Shown in pieces: positions 8,674 to 18,024 of a stretch of 34,249 nt of DNA. The stretch comes from Verrucomicrobiota bacterium. Its GTDB lineage: Bacteria > Verrucomicrobiota > Verrucomicrobiia > Verrucomicrobiales > DEV007. Position 1 is the first letter of the stretch; each line of letters opens with the position of its first letter. The stretch is taken from contig JASFYY010000047.1 of the NCBI GenBank assembly GCA_045046875.1, positions 1-34,249 of the forward strand, in the 5' to 3' direction. The notes beneath the pieces were generated by a model. The model was not told the origin of the DNA. It saw only the letters and a list, made by a program, of their open reading frames with translations, and made no database searches. The position numbers and the translations under genes are program-made.

Positions 8674-9555
8674 ATGAATTCCTACCCTCAGTCCTCCCGT
8701 CGCTCTTTCATCAAGTCTTCCGCGCTGACCGCTCTCGGCCTGTCAGCTATCGCGCCAGCTCTGCACGCTGCCGCAAAAGGCCAAACCAAGGTTGGATTAG
8801 TCACCTACCAATGGGGCAAGGACTGGGATCTGCCAACTCTGATCAAAAACTGTGAAACCGCCGGCCTGCTCGGAGTCGAACCCCGCACCACCCATTCCCA
8901 CGCAATTGAAATTCCCTTGAACAAAACCCAACGCGCCGAAGTCAAAAAACGCTTTGCTGACAGCCCGGTCACTTGTGTGGGCCTGGGCTCCGACGAGCGT
9001 TTTGACAACCCGGATCCCGCCACTCTGGAAAAAGCCGTGGCGCAGACCAAGGCCTTTCTCGATCTCAGTCGCGACATCGGAGCCAGCGGGGTCAAAGTGA
9101 AACCCAACAGCTTTCACAAAGACGTCGACAAGGAAAAGACCCTCGAGCAAATAGGTAAAACTTTTCGCGAAGTCGCTCAATATGGCGCTGACATCGGCCA
9201 AGAAGTACGCATGGAAGTCCACGGCCAATGCGCGGCCCCTGCCATCATGGCGCAAATTGTGCAAATCGCCGACCACCCGAATGCCAAAATCTGCTGGAAC
9301 TGCAATCCGCAGGACATGGAAGGTGACGGTTTTGATCACAACCTCAAACTGCTACGCAAGGCTTTTGGCGCTACTTGTCACATTCACGAACTCGATGGCA
9401 CTTACAAAGAATACCCCTACGACAAGCTGTTCAAAAACTTCGCCAGCACCGGCTACAACGGCTGGTGTCTTTTTGAGACCAGCACCAAACCCGCGGATCG
9501 TATCAAAGCGATGACCAAAAACCGCCAATTATTCGACAAAATGATCGCCTCCTAA
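8674..9555 (+). CDS. Tat-exported sugar phosphate isomerase/epimerase (xylose-isomerase-like TIM barrel)
   Basis: SRRSFIK Tat motif; metal-ligand motifs RMEVHG, CHIHEL and WCLFE. Confidence 0.85.
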   Translation: MNSYPQSSRRSFIKSSALTALGLSAIAPALHAAAKGQTKVGLVTYQWGKDWDLPTLIKNCETAGLLGVEPRTTHSHAIEIPLNKTQRAEVKKRFADSPVTCVGLGSDERFDNPDPATLEKAVAQTKAFLDLSRDIGASGVKVKPNSFHKDVDKEKTLEQIGKTFREVAQYGADIGQEVRMEVHGQCAAPAIMAQIVQIADHPNAKICWNCNPQDMEGDGFDHNLKLLRKAFGATCHIHELDGTYKEYPYDKLFKNFASTGYNGWCLFETSTKPADRIKAMTKNRQLFDKMIAS

Positions 9556-9636
9556 ATTTTTAATTTGCCTTCAGGTAGTATCCTCCGGTGATCTACACTA
9601 GACTCCGGCTCAAATCTCATATCTCAAATCCCCCCC

Positions 9637-10704
9637 ATGTCCACCCGTCGAAACACTTTAAAAGCGGCGGCCGCCGCTATCGCTTTTCCCGCGATCACCG
9701 GACTCTCACAGAGCTCCCGTCCCAAACTCAAGATCATCCAGGTCGGCACTGGCCATCCCCACGCCGGCGGCAAGATGAATGTTTACCGCAACGCACCGGA
9801 CTTCGAGGTGGTCGGCGTGGTGGAAGACAACGCCCAACTGCGTGCTGCTGCAGAAAATAGCCCGGTTTACAAAGACCTGCCCTTCATCAGCCTCGAACAA
9901 GCGCTCAATACTCCCCAACTCAAAGCACTGGCCATCGAAACCGAAGTCAAGGACTTGCTCGACTACGCCCAAAAAGCCATCGATGCCGGTTTCCCCATTC
10001 ACCTCGACAAACCCGCTGGCTCGAATTTTCCCCACTACCAACGCATCGTAAAACAAGCTGAACAGAAAAAGCTAACCATCCAGATGGGCTATATGTATCG
10101 CTACAATCCCGCAGTCGTATTGATGCGTGATTTCCTGGAAAAAGGTTGGCTCGGCGACCCCTTTGATGTGCAGACCACCATGTCCAAAGTGCTCAGCGCA
10201 GAATCCCGCAAAAAAATCGCCGTCTATCCGGGCGGTATCATGTTCGAGCTCGCCTGCCACGTCATCGATCTGGTAGTCGGCGTGCTCGGAGCACCTGACA
10301 AAATAAATGCCTTCCCACGCCAGAGCCTGAAAGCAGCTCCCGACAATCTGATCGATAACATGTTGGCTGTTTTTGAATACCCACGTGCCACCGCCACGGT
10401 TCGCTCGACCGCACTCGAAGTGGATGGTTTTGCCCGCCGTCATTTTGCCGTCGCCGGCACCGCCGGAACCTGCCACATCCAACCCCTCGATCGCCCGACG
10501 ATGAAAGTCACTTTTTCAAAAACACGCGGCAAGTATAAAAAAGGCTATCAAACCATCGAGTTCGACCCTCCCTATCAACGCTACGTCGGTGATGCCGAGG
10601 ATTTCGCCAAAATCATCCGCGGCGAAAAAGAATCGGACTTCTCCCCCCAACATGACCTGGCCGTGCAAAAAGCCGTGCTGCAAGCCTCTGCCTTACCAAT
10701 TTAA
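9637..10704 (+). CDS. Gfo/Idh/MocA family oxidoreductase with probable Tat signal
   Basis: TRRNTLK N-terminus; Rossmann-like VGTGHPHA; IHLDKP, GYMYRYNP and ELACHVID motifs. Confidence 0.9.
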   Translation: MSTRRNTLKAAAAAIAFPAITGLSQSSRPKLKIIQVGTGHPHAGGKMNVYRNAPDFEVVGVVEDNAQLRAAAENSPVYKDLPFISLEQALNTPQLKALAIETEVKDLLDYAQKAIDAGFPIHLDKPAGSNFPHYQRIVKQAEQKKLTIQMGYMYRYNPAVVLMRDFLEKGWLGDPFDVQTTMSKVLSAESRKKIAVYPGGIMFELACHVIDLVVGVLGAPDKINAFPRQSLKAAPDNLIDNMLAVFEYPRATATVRSTALEVDGFARRHFAVAGTAGTCHIQPLDRPTMKVTFSKTRGKYKKGYQTIEFDPPYQRYVGDAEDFAKIIRGEKESDFSPQHDLAVQKAVLQASALPI

Positions 10705-10786
10705 ATACACCTCCGCCCCTCCCTTCTTGACTCAGCTCTCAAGTAAGTGTTTATAAACTAATCAAATAACCACTCACCGACTTATC

Positions 10787-12229
10787 ATGATCAAAAGCCA
10801 CCTTTTCACCGCCCTCACTGCCAGCCTGATCATTTCTGCCGGCCATCCATCTGTTCAAGCTCAGGATGCCAAGGAAAAAGAGGAAACCAAAGCCCTGCCC
10901 ACAGCGGCAAACCAGATCAAGGATCTGCCCTCCCTGCCCGACTTCACCAAACAGTTGCAACAGACCATCGACCAGAGCGGCGGCAATCTGGCTTTTGTCA
11001 AAAGCGGTATCTACCGCATCACCGAACCCCTGGTATTCGACCTCACCAAACACGGAGCGGCCAAAGTCACTGGATCGGCGGGCGTCACCCTCATCATGGA
11101 CGGCCCCGGCCCCGCGCTCAAGTTTGTCGGCAGTCATCAGGGCACCGCCTCACCAAAATCTTTCGAAACCAAAACATGGGACGAACGCATGCCCATCGTC
11201 AGTGGCATCGAAATCATTGGCAACCATCCTGAAGCCGTCGGCATCGAGCTGTTCCAAACCATGGAGCCCATCATCTCCCGGGTATCCATCCGTTGGTGCC
11301 TGCACGGCATCCGTCTGGCCACCCGTAACCGTAACGTCACCATATCCGACTGCCATCTTTACGAAAACTCCGGCGTCGGCATCTACCTGGATGACGTCAA
11401 TCTTCACCAAATCAATGTATCCAACTGCCACATCAGCTACAACCGCCAGGGCGGCATCGTGGTCAGGGATGGCAACGTGCGCAATCTGCAGATCACCGGA
11501 TGTGACATCGAGGGCAACATGCCTGGTGAACACATTCCCACCAAAGCCGCCAACATCCTGCTCGACGTCTCCGGCACTGCCGGTGACAAAAAACACTCGA
11601 TCGCCGAAATCACCATCACCAGCTGCACCATCCAACACAGCGCCAACTACTCGGATATCAAAGGTAAATACTCTGCCATCGGCGGTGCCAACATCCGTAT
11701 CCTCGGCAAAGAAAGCTGGCCAATCAATTCGGTCACCATCACCGGCAACGTGATCAGTGATACCGAAAACAACATCGACATCGATTACGCCTACGATGTA
11801 ACCATCGCTTCAAACTCCCTTTTTGCTCCCAGCTCAAACCACCTGTTAGTCAAAAATAGCCAACGCATCGTAGTCAGTGGCAACTCTTTCAACCCACGCC
11901 AGTTCGAACGCCCGGCGGCTTTGATTTTCACCAATTCCAAAGATTGCGTGATCAGCAGCTCAACCATCCACGCCGCCAAAAACCCGGCAGGAGCCCTACA
12001 GCTAAACCAGTGTTCCAACATGCTGGTCAACGCCATCAACCTGACCGGAAACGCCAGCGGCATCAACCTGGACAAAACCAGCGACAGCTCGATCACCAAC
12101 TGCCGCGTTTCCAGCACCCTCGAAGGCGGTACCGACATCACCATCACCGGCTCCAGCAAAAACATCACCCTATCCGGCAACTTCTTCGCAGGCAAAAGCA
12201 ACATCGCCCCCGCCAGCAAACAGAAGTAA
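10787..12229 (+). CDS. Exported right-handed parallel beta-helix (pectin-lyase-like) protein
   Basis: Signal peptide; repeated VTISDCHLYEN / INVSNCHISYN / LQITGCDIEGN / VTITGNVIS units. Confidence 0.87.
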   Translation: MIKSHLFTALTASLIISAGHPSVQAQDAKEKEETKALPTAANQIKDLPSLPDFTKQLQQTIDQSGGNLAFVKSGIYRITEPLVFDLTKHGAAKVTGSAGVTLIMDGPGPALKFVGSHQGTASPKSFETKTWDERMPIVSGIEIIGNHPEAVGIELFQTMEPIISRVSIRWCLHGIRLATRNRNVTISDCHLYENSGVGIYLDDVNLHQINVSNCHISYNRQGGIVVRDGNVRNLQITGCDIEGNMPGEHIPTKAANILLDVSGTAGDKKHSIAEITITSCTIQHSANYSDIKGKYSAIGGANIRILGKESWPINSVTITGNVISDTENNIDIDYAYDVTIASNSLFAPSSNHLLVKNSQRIVVSGNSFNPRQFERPAALIFTNSKDCVISSSTIHAAKNPAGALQLNQCSNMLVNAINLTGNASGINLDKTSDSSITNCRVSSTLEGGTDITITGSSKNITLSGNFFAGKSNIAPASKQK

Positions 12230-12258
12230 ACCCTACCCACAGCAAACGGCTCCCCATT

Positions 12259-12282
12259 GTAGGGCGAGCGCCCCGCTTGCCC
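12259..12282 (+). repeat. GTAG-type REP-like palindrome
   Basis: GTAG tetranucleotide followed by the stem gggcgagcg-ccc-cgcttgccc. Confidence 0.6.
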
Positions 12283-12486
12283 CCCTTCTATTCCGCAGTT
12301 AAATTTCTTTCACCACAAGAGCCCACACCTCCCCCCCTCCACCTGATCACCCCGCTAGCCCAAGAAATAGCTTGGTTTTCCTCTGAATCCATCGGATAGT
12401 GGACATGTTCGACCTGTGAGCACTTTAACCGGCGGGCAAGTAACCTGACCTATTTCCTTTCCCAATCTCAACCATCACCCAAACGC

Positions 12487-12765
12487 ATGGAGTTCGACTG
12501 GCTCGACGTACATTTTGACCTCAAAAAAGTAAGCCCTAGAGAGATCGAGGAATCTTTCGAGGATCCGTTTGCCATCCGCTTGATTCCAGAGCAGGAGGCA
12601 CCGGATGCCGATGTGCGCTACATCTGCCTGGCTAAAACGGTCGGCGGCCGCTCGCTTTTTTCGATATTCTGGACCGATGGCAAAAACTGCCGGGTTATTT
12701 TTGTCCGTGACATGACCGACAAAGAACTCGGTTTTTACGACCGCAAAAACGCCGAGTACATCTAG
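12487..12765 (+). CDS. BrnT-like (DUF497-like) toxin-family protein, divergent
   Basis: MEFDW start, EESFEDP, RYICL and RVIFVRDMTDKELGFY C-terminus align with the BrnT layout; upstream of an antitoxin-like gene. Confidence 0.78.
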   Translation: MEFDWLDVHFDLKKVSPREIEESFEDPFAIRLIPEQEAPDADVRYICLAKTVGGRSLFSIFWTDGKNCRVIFVRDMTDKELGFYDRKNAEYI

Positions 12766-12788
12766 CCCCACACTATATAATAATAAAT

Positions 12789-12872
12789 AACCACTGATTT
12801 CACTGATGAATACTGATAAGAAGAAGCCTTAAAGCTTTAAGAAATAATACAACTCAGTGCCCATCAGTGGTT
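12789..12872. repeat. Palindromic element between toxin-like and antitoxin-like genes
   Basis: 10-bp terminal inverted repeat aaccactgat/atcagtggtt, internal (c/t)actgat units, and a perfect 14-bp palindrome cttaaagctttaag at 12828-12841. Confidence 0.7.
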
Positions 12873-12960
12873 GCCTTCATCGATTAAAAAATGTCGAACA
12901 GTGTTATCTAAACCGAATTTTCAACCTCCCTTCAACCCACTCCTTTACCCATTTACCGCT

Positions 12961-13242
12961 GTGAAAATTTTACAAGACTGGAAAGACCTGCCCGATTTCG
13001 AAGACGAAAAACAAGAAGCCGAATTCTGGGCCAATCACATGATCGAACCGCATCTGATGAATGCCTCGATCCACAAACCCACTGTGCGTGAATCCACCAC
13101 CATCACTCTGCGGTTTGATCCGCAAATGTTATCCCGGATCAAACGCATCGCCCGCTCCCGTTACCTGAATTATCAGAGCATGATGAAACAGTGGTTGAGC
13201 GAACGTGTCGAACAAGAGCTGCGCAAATCCAAGCAAGACTAA
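12961..13242 (+). CDS. BrnA/CopG-like antitoxin (ribbon-helix-helix)
   Basis: LPDFEDEKQEAEFWANH N-terminus and TITLRFD...IKRIA...YQSMMKQWLSERV RHH region. GTG start at 12961 preferred to 12871. Confidence 0.82.
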   Translation: MKILQDWKDLPDFEDEKQEAEFWANHMIEPHLMNASIHKPTVRESTTITLRFDPQMLSRIKRIARSRYLNYQSMMKQWLSERVEQELRKSKQD

Positions 13243-13255
13243 GCGCCTTTTTTCC

Positions 13256-13290
13256 TTCTGAATTCAAAATTCTGAATTCTGAATTCTGAA
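13256..13290. repeat. Heptamer tandem repeat (TTCTGAA)x5, one unit variant
   Basis: ttctgaa ttcaaaa ttctgaa ttctgaa ttctgaa read directly. Confidence 0.85.
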
Positions 13291-13309
13291 TTTTTAAACG
13301 CACCTATCT

Positions 13310-14380
13310 ATGAGCAAAAAAGTACTCGTCCTCGGAGCCGGCAATATGGGAGCTTCCCACGCCAAAGCTTACCACAACCTCGACGGTTTTGAAATCGGCG
13401 GCATCGTCACCCGCAGCGCTGCCAGCCGGGAAAAACTCGCCGAATCCCTCGGTGGCAACATCGCTCTATTTGGAGATTATGACGAAGCCTTAGCTGCGGT
13501 CAAACCTGACTGCGTCTCCATCAACACCTATCCCGAAACCCACGCCGAATATGCGATCAAAGCGATGGAAGCCGGAGCACACGTTTTCCTCGAAAAACCA
13601 CTCGCACCCACCGTCGATGAAGCGCAAAAGGTCGTCGATGTGGCCACTCGGCTGAACAAAAAGCTGTGCATCGGTTACATCCTGCGTCATCACCCCTCGT
13701 GGATCAAATTCATCGAAATCGCCCGCACCCTCGGCAACCCACTGGTGATGCGCATGAACCTGAACCAACAGAGCCACGGTGACATGTGGAACACCCACCG
13801 TAACCTGATGAACTCGATGTCCCCCATCGTCGACTGCGGCGTTCACTACGTCGATGTAATGTGCCAAATGACCCAGTCCAAACCCGTCCGCGTCAGCGCC
13901 ATCGGAGCACGACTGTCCAACGAACTCAACGATGGCATGTATAACTACGGTCAACTGCAAGTAACCTTCGAAAACGGATCGGTCGGCTGGTACGAAGCCG
14001 GCTGGGGTCCCATGATGAGCGAAGTGGCCTTTTTTGTCAAAGACGTGGTTGGCCCCAATGGCTGCGTCTCCATCGTCGCCGACAAAGCCAGCGGTGAATC
14101 CGAATCCTCCAACGTAGACTCCCACACCAAAACCGAAGCGCTGCGTGTGCACCACGCCGGACTCGACGAGAACAACGAATTCACCAAGCCGGACGAAGTC
14201 ATCAATTTGGAAGATGAGCCCGATCACGACGCCTTGTGCGAGCGTGAACAGGCCTATTTTCTCAAAGCCATCGACGAAGACATCGATCTCACCGACCACA
14301 TGAACGACGGCGTCAACAGCCTGCGTATCGTGCTGGCCGCCGAGCAATCCTTTAAAGAAGGCCGCACCATCGACCTATAG
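13310..14380 (+). CDS. Cytoplasmic Gfo/Idh/MocA family oxidoreductase
   Basis: VLGAGNMG Rossmann motif, HVFLEKP and DCGVHYVD; no signal peptide. Confidence 0.93.
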   Translation: MSKKVLVLGAGNMGASHAKAYHNLDGFEIGGIVTRSAASREKLAESLGGNIALFGDYDEALAAVKPDCVSINTYPETHAEYAIKAMEAGAHVFLEKPLAPTVDEAQKVVDVATRLNKKLCIGYILRHHPSWIKFIEIARTLGNPLVMRMNLNQQSHGDMWNTHRNLMNSMSPIVDCGVHYVDVMCQMTQSKPVRVSAIGARLSNELNDGMYNYGQLQVTFENGSVGWYEAGWGPMMSEVAFFVKDVVGPNGCVSIVADKASGESESSNVDSHTKTEALRVHHAGLDENNEFTKPDEVINLEDEPDHDALCEREQAYFLKAIDEDIDLTDHMNDGVNSLRIVLAAEQSFKEGRTIDL

Positions 14381-14427
14381 CTTCCTCGCCTACAGTCTAA
14401 AGCCCCCTACAGCCCCAGCCTTTCTTA

Positions 14428-14895
14428 GTGAAACAAATCACCATCTACACCGACGGCTCATCGCTCGGCAACCCCGGCCCCGGCGGTTACGGCACCATCC
14501 TGAAATACAATGGCAGCAGCAAAGAGCTGAGCCAGGGATACTCCTGCACCACCAACAACCGAATGGAGCTGATGGCAGCGATCGCCGGACTGGAATCCTT
14601 GAAGGAACCTTGCCAGGTCAGCCTGACCTCGGATTCCAAATACGTCATCGACGCGATGGACAAAGGCTGGATCCAAAGTTGGAAAAAAAAGGGCTGGAGT
14701 CGTGGCAAAAACAAACCACTCAAAAATCCCGACCTCTGGCAACGCCTGCTCAAAGCCAGCGAGGATCATGAGATGACCTGGCTGTGGGTAAAAGGCCACG
14801 CCGGCCACCCGGAAAACGAACGCTGCGACGAACTAGCCGTCGCCGCCGCCTCGCAAAAAAACAGCCCCCCCGACGAAGGTTATCAACCCGAGTAA
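14428..14895 (+). CDS. rnhA: Ribonuclease HI
   Basis: [27 protein letters not shown] and [18 protein letters not shown] motifs. Confidence 0.97.
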   Translation: MKQITIYTDGSSLGNPGPGGYGTILKYNGSSKELSQGYSCTTNNRMELMAAIAGLESLKEPCQVSLTSDSKYVIDAMDKGWIQSWKKKGWSRGKNKPLKNPDLWQRLLKASEDHEMTWLWVKGHAGHPENERCDELAVAAASQKNSPPDEGYQPE

Positions 14896-14990
14896 AGGAG
14901 CGCGGATTTCCCTACCCGAACCACCTCCCTCCTTGCTCAACATTCGATATTCCCTACTCCACTCGCTCCCCGTTCGTGTTTATTAGTGGT

Positions 14991-17015
14991 TCACTTCAAC
15001 TCCCACTTCTCCCCAAAAAAACCCGCTTTCACCACCTTGCCCGGATAGCGTGAGTCCGCCGGCGTCTTCACATCGATCACCGCCCAGTCCGGTAACTTCG
15101 CTACCTGCCGGGCATTGTTCAAATAGTCGTATTCACGATAAGTGAACCCACTATTGAGCACCACATACCTTTTAGGATTAAGTGGATTGGGAAAAATCAT
15201 CACCATCGCATGATCTTTCGCGTTAAAGCTATTTTTTCCAACTTTAATACTATCCTTCTCCCAACCAATCGGCAGTTTGTCGATGATCTTTTTCAACACC
15301 GCATTGCTGGCAGGGTCCCCCCACAAGATCAGATTGTTATCAGCGATCATCGCCTCATCCACCTCCCCGTCATCCACCACTCGCGCGTCGCCACGAAACT
15401 GCTGCCGCCAATGAGTCACCGCATGATCCATCTCCCCCTTCACCCACTCGCCCACCTTGGCATTCATCGCCGTGCCACTAGGTTTGACCATCACAAACGA
15501 ATCCATAAAAGCATCATCAATCGGTCCCTGCAGGTCATGACGTTTTTTCAAAACCGCATCCTCTTTTTTCTCTACTACCTGCCACTTGCCTTTAGAACTT
15601 TTCACAAAATGCACCCTCCAGGAGCGATCCGAGCGTACCGGCGGCACCTGCAAGCCTTGACCATTGATCTCAACCACCGGAACCTTCACTTGATCAAGCG
15701 GACATTCACCCGGGGCAAAGTTTAAAGTGAACGCCTGTGTCCCCTTCACCTTCACAAAAATACCGTTTGGCCATTCCCATTCAGCATCCACCTGCGCTCG
15801 TTTCCAGTGTTCGTCCATCGCATCAATCGTCACCCAGTTCATGCGGTTGTACTTGAGCGTCCAAGTCGTCAAGCGCACCGTGCGCGGCACCCTCACCCGT
15901 CCCTTGTCCACGATGCTCGTCAAACGCGTTTCGATTTCCGCCAAAGTATCCGGATGAAACTTATGGGCCATGCCCGGCCCAATGAGGTGCACCAAATCCA
16001 AGCCCACCTGATCCATTGCCTTCTCCATCATATCCGCCGCTTGTTTTTGTTTATCAATTTCACCACTATAAGCAATCGTCGGGCAGTTGGCTAAATTGAT
16101 CGCCCAATCGGTGCAATCATACCAATGCCACAAAGTCTTCTCCCAAGGCGTCGGGGTGAGGGTTTCTTTTTGAAAAGTTTTCAGAAAATCCGGAGTCTCG
16201 GAAAAACCCGCTCCAGGTTGGGCCGCCGCCCACTGGTCGGCATAATGCACCGCAAACTGCCAACACGCCGCGCCGCCCATCGAAAACCCCCTGACCACGA
16301 TCCTGTCATCATCTATGCGGTAATACTTACGCGCATGATCCAAGGCTTCAAACAAATCCACCTCGCCAGCAAATTTATTAGCGTTGGAATAACGCCCGTA
16401 AGGATGCAAAACAATACCGTCAGGTGGCGAAATCCTGCCCTTCGAGCGAGTGCGTTGATTGATGAATGAAAGCTCACTCAAAGTTTCCCCTCGCCCATGA
16501 AACCAAAAATCCAAGCGCGTTTTTTTGCTACCTTCAAAAGAATACGATTCAGGAATTTCCAATCCATAAGGCTGGACCGAGCCATCGATCTTCGAACGAT
16601 AACCACGCACCACCAAACCCTTCTGTTTCAACCAGGATGCCTGACGTTTATTCAACTCATCCGCCCGCTTCGCCCCCGTCTGCAACTGCTCCTTAGCCAC
16701 CGCAAACTCCGCCTTGCGGTGAAACTCCTGGTAATCCAACACATAACGAACCGCTTTATGATATATCTCCACATCCGGCAACAAATCCAACCACTCGGGC
16801 TCCTTAGCCAAAGCCTTCTTCAAGCCCTCGATCTTCTGCCCCAGATCCGCCAGGCCCTTGCGCAATTCCTGCTCCTTATCCTCAGGCACCTCAATTCCCA
16901 TTCCCGGAATCCGTCTCACATTCTCCGCTTTATTATCCGCCAACCCATCCGCCCGCAAAATACCAGGCATCATCAAAGCAAACACCCCCGTCAGAAAAAA
17001 AACTTTAGCTATCAT
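14991..17015 (-). CDS. Exported alpha/beta-hydrolase (peptidase S9/esterase-like)
   Basis: Signal peptide from ATG 17015; YRSKIDGSVQPY, WFHGRG, GFSMGG nucleophile elbow, and His in GMAHKF. Confidence 0.87.
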   Translation of the reverse strand: MIAKVFFLTGVFALMMPGILRADGLADNKAENVRRIPGMGIEVPEDKEQELRKGLADLGQKIEGLKKALAKEPEWLDLLPDVEIYHKAVRYVLDYQEFHRKAEFAVAKEQLQTGAKRADELNKRQASWLKQKGLVVRGYRSKIDGSVQPYGLEIPESYSFEGSKKTRLDFWFHGRGETLSELSFINQRTRSKGRISPPDGIVLHPYGRYSNANKFAGEVDLFEALDHARKYYRIDDDRIVVRGFSMGGAACWQFAVHYADQWAAAQPGAGFSETPDFLKTFQKETLTPTPWEKTLWHWYDCTDWAINLANCPTIAYSGEIDKQKQAADMMEKAMDQVGLDLVHLIGPGMAHKFHPDTLAEIETRLTSIVDKGRVRVPRTVRLTTWTLKYNRMNWVTIDAMDEHWKRAQVDAEWEWPNGIFVKVKGTQAFTLNFAPGECPLDQVKVPVVEINGQGLQVPPVRSDRSWRVHFVKSSKGKWQVVEKKEDAVLKKRHDLQGPIDDAFMDSFVMVKPSGTAMNAKVGEWVKGEMDHAVTHWRQQFRGDARVVDDGEVDEAMIADNNLILWGDPASNAVLKKIIDKLPIGWEKDSIKVGKNSFNAKDHAMVMIFPNPLNPKRYVVLNSGFTYREYDYLNNARQVAKLPDWAVIDVKTPADSRYPGKVVKAGFFGEKWELK

Positions 17016-17075
17016 CACCAACACTCTAGAGTTAAGACCCCACAATTCCAAATTCATTCTTCATTAACATCCCCC

Positions 17076-18011
17076 ATGCCTTACCAATTCCAACGCTGTG
17101 AAATCATTCCCCAGGCCAACCACCAGACGACTTTTCAAATCGACGGGCAGGAAAAAATCCGCTGGCACCACGACCACAGCTACCCACGTCCTTTTTTCTA
17201 CCCCCTGCCCGGCCCCTCCGGCTCGTCACTCACTCGCATCGGACACCCAGGTGCATCCAACCATGAGCACCACCGCTCGGTCTGGTTTGCTCACCATGAC
17301 GTTGGCGGCCATGACTTCTGGTCCGACAATCGCGGCACCCGGATCGTCGAAAAAATGTGGCTGGCCTACAACGACGGCCCTGACGAATGCATCATGGCCA
17401 CCCTGCTCGAATGGCAAGACGCCAAAGGTGACTTGCTGATGGAACAAGAACTGGTCGCCTCGCTCATCCCTGGCAACAAAGGCGAACTGTTATTCGAACT
17501 GCAATCCACGTTCAAACCAAATAAAGAAATCCTCAAACTCGGCAAAACCAACTTTGGTTTCCTCGCCGTGCGAGTGGCCAAAAGTATTTCTTCATATTTT
17601 GGTGGCGGACAAATCACTAACAGCGAAGGGCAAAGCGGCGAACCCGCCATCTTCGGTCAAGCCGCCGAATGGATGGACTACTCCGGTCCAGTGCCTGTCG
17701 TGCAAAAAGGCAAACGAACCGCCGTCACTGAAGGCATCACCTTTTTTGACCACCCGGACAATCCACGTTTCCCCAGTCACTGGCATGTGCGCGAAGACGG
17801 CTGGATGGGAGCCTCCCTCTGCATGCACGAAGCTCTCGCCATCAAAAAAACAGCGCCCCTCAAACTGCGTTACCTGCTACACACCCACGCCGGCCCCGTC
17901 GATACCGACCGAGCTCATCGACAAGCCAAAAATTTCGCCCAACGCCCGGGTTTCAGCGTAGCCAAAGGCCAAGCCAAACACCACCAGTTTGAAGTGAAAC
18001 GAGAGCAGTAA
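17076..18011 (+). CDS. PmoA-family / DUF6807-like protein (name reflects the Pfam family, not methane oxidation)
   Basis: RPFFYPL, HEHHRSVWFAH, TNFGFLAVRVA, WMDYSG and FDHPDNP...WHVR motifs; ATG 17076 is in frame with ORF 16497-18011. Confidence 0.8.
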   Translation: MPYQFQRCEIIPQANHQTTFQIDGQEKIRWHHDHSYPRPFFYPLPGPSGSSLTRIGHPGASNHEHHRSVWFAHHDVGGHDFWSDNRGTRIVEKMWLAYNDGPDECIMATLLEWQDAKGDLLMEQELVASLIPGNKGELLFELQSTFKPNKEILKLGKTNFGFLAVRVAKSISSYFGGGQITNSEGQSGEPAIFGQAAEWMDYSGPVPVVQKGKRTAVTEGITFFDHPDNPRFPSHWHVREDGWMGASLCMHEALAIKKTAPLKLRYLLHTHAGPVDTDRAHRQAKNFAQRPGFSVAKGQAKHHQFEVKREQ

Positions 18012-18024
18012 AAAACCGCTTTAC

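Noticed and set aside
12400..12486. Possible riboswitch in the toxin-like gene leader (tttaaccg...gcaag resembles part of SAM-II)
   Set aside because: Flanking stems and the 3' conserved segment are absent, and the gene context does not fit.
13490..14347. Long antisense or alternate-frame ORFs (also 6662-7420, 10866-11753, 8797-9339, 22510-23127)
   Set aside because: Shadow ORFs expected from codon bias of the real genes; no motifs.
14897..14918. GGAG-type REP-like motif after rnhA
   Set aside because: Stem too degenerate and single copy in the window.
16497..17075. 193-codon N-terminal extension of the 504-aa ORF
   Set aside because: Overlaps the antisense hydrolase gene; recognisable motifs begin only after ATG 17076.
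17076..18011. Methane monooxygenase interpretation of the PmoA-family gene
   Set aside because: Soluble protein with no pmoC/pmoB neighbours; the family name is misleading.
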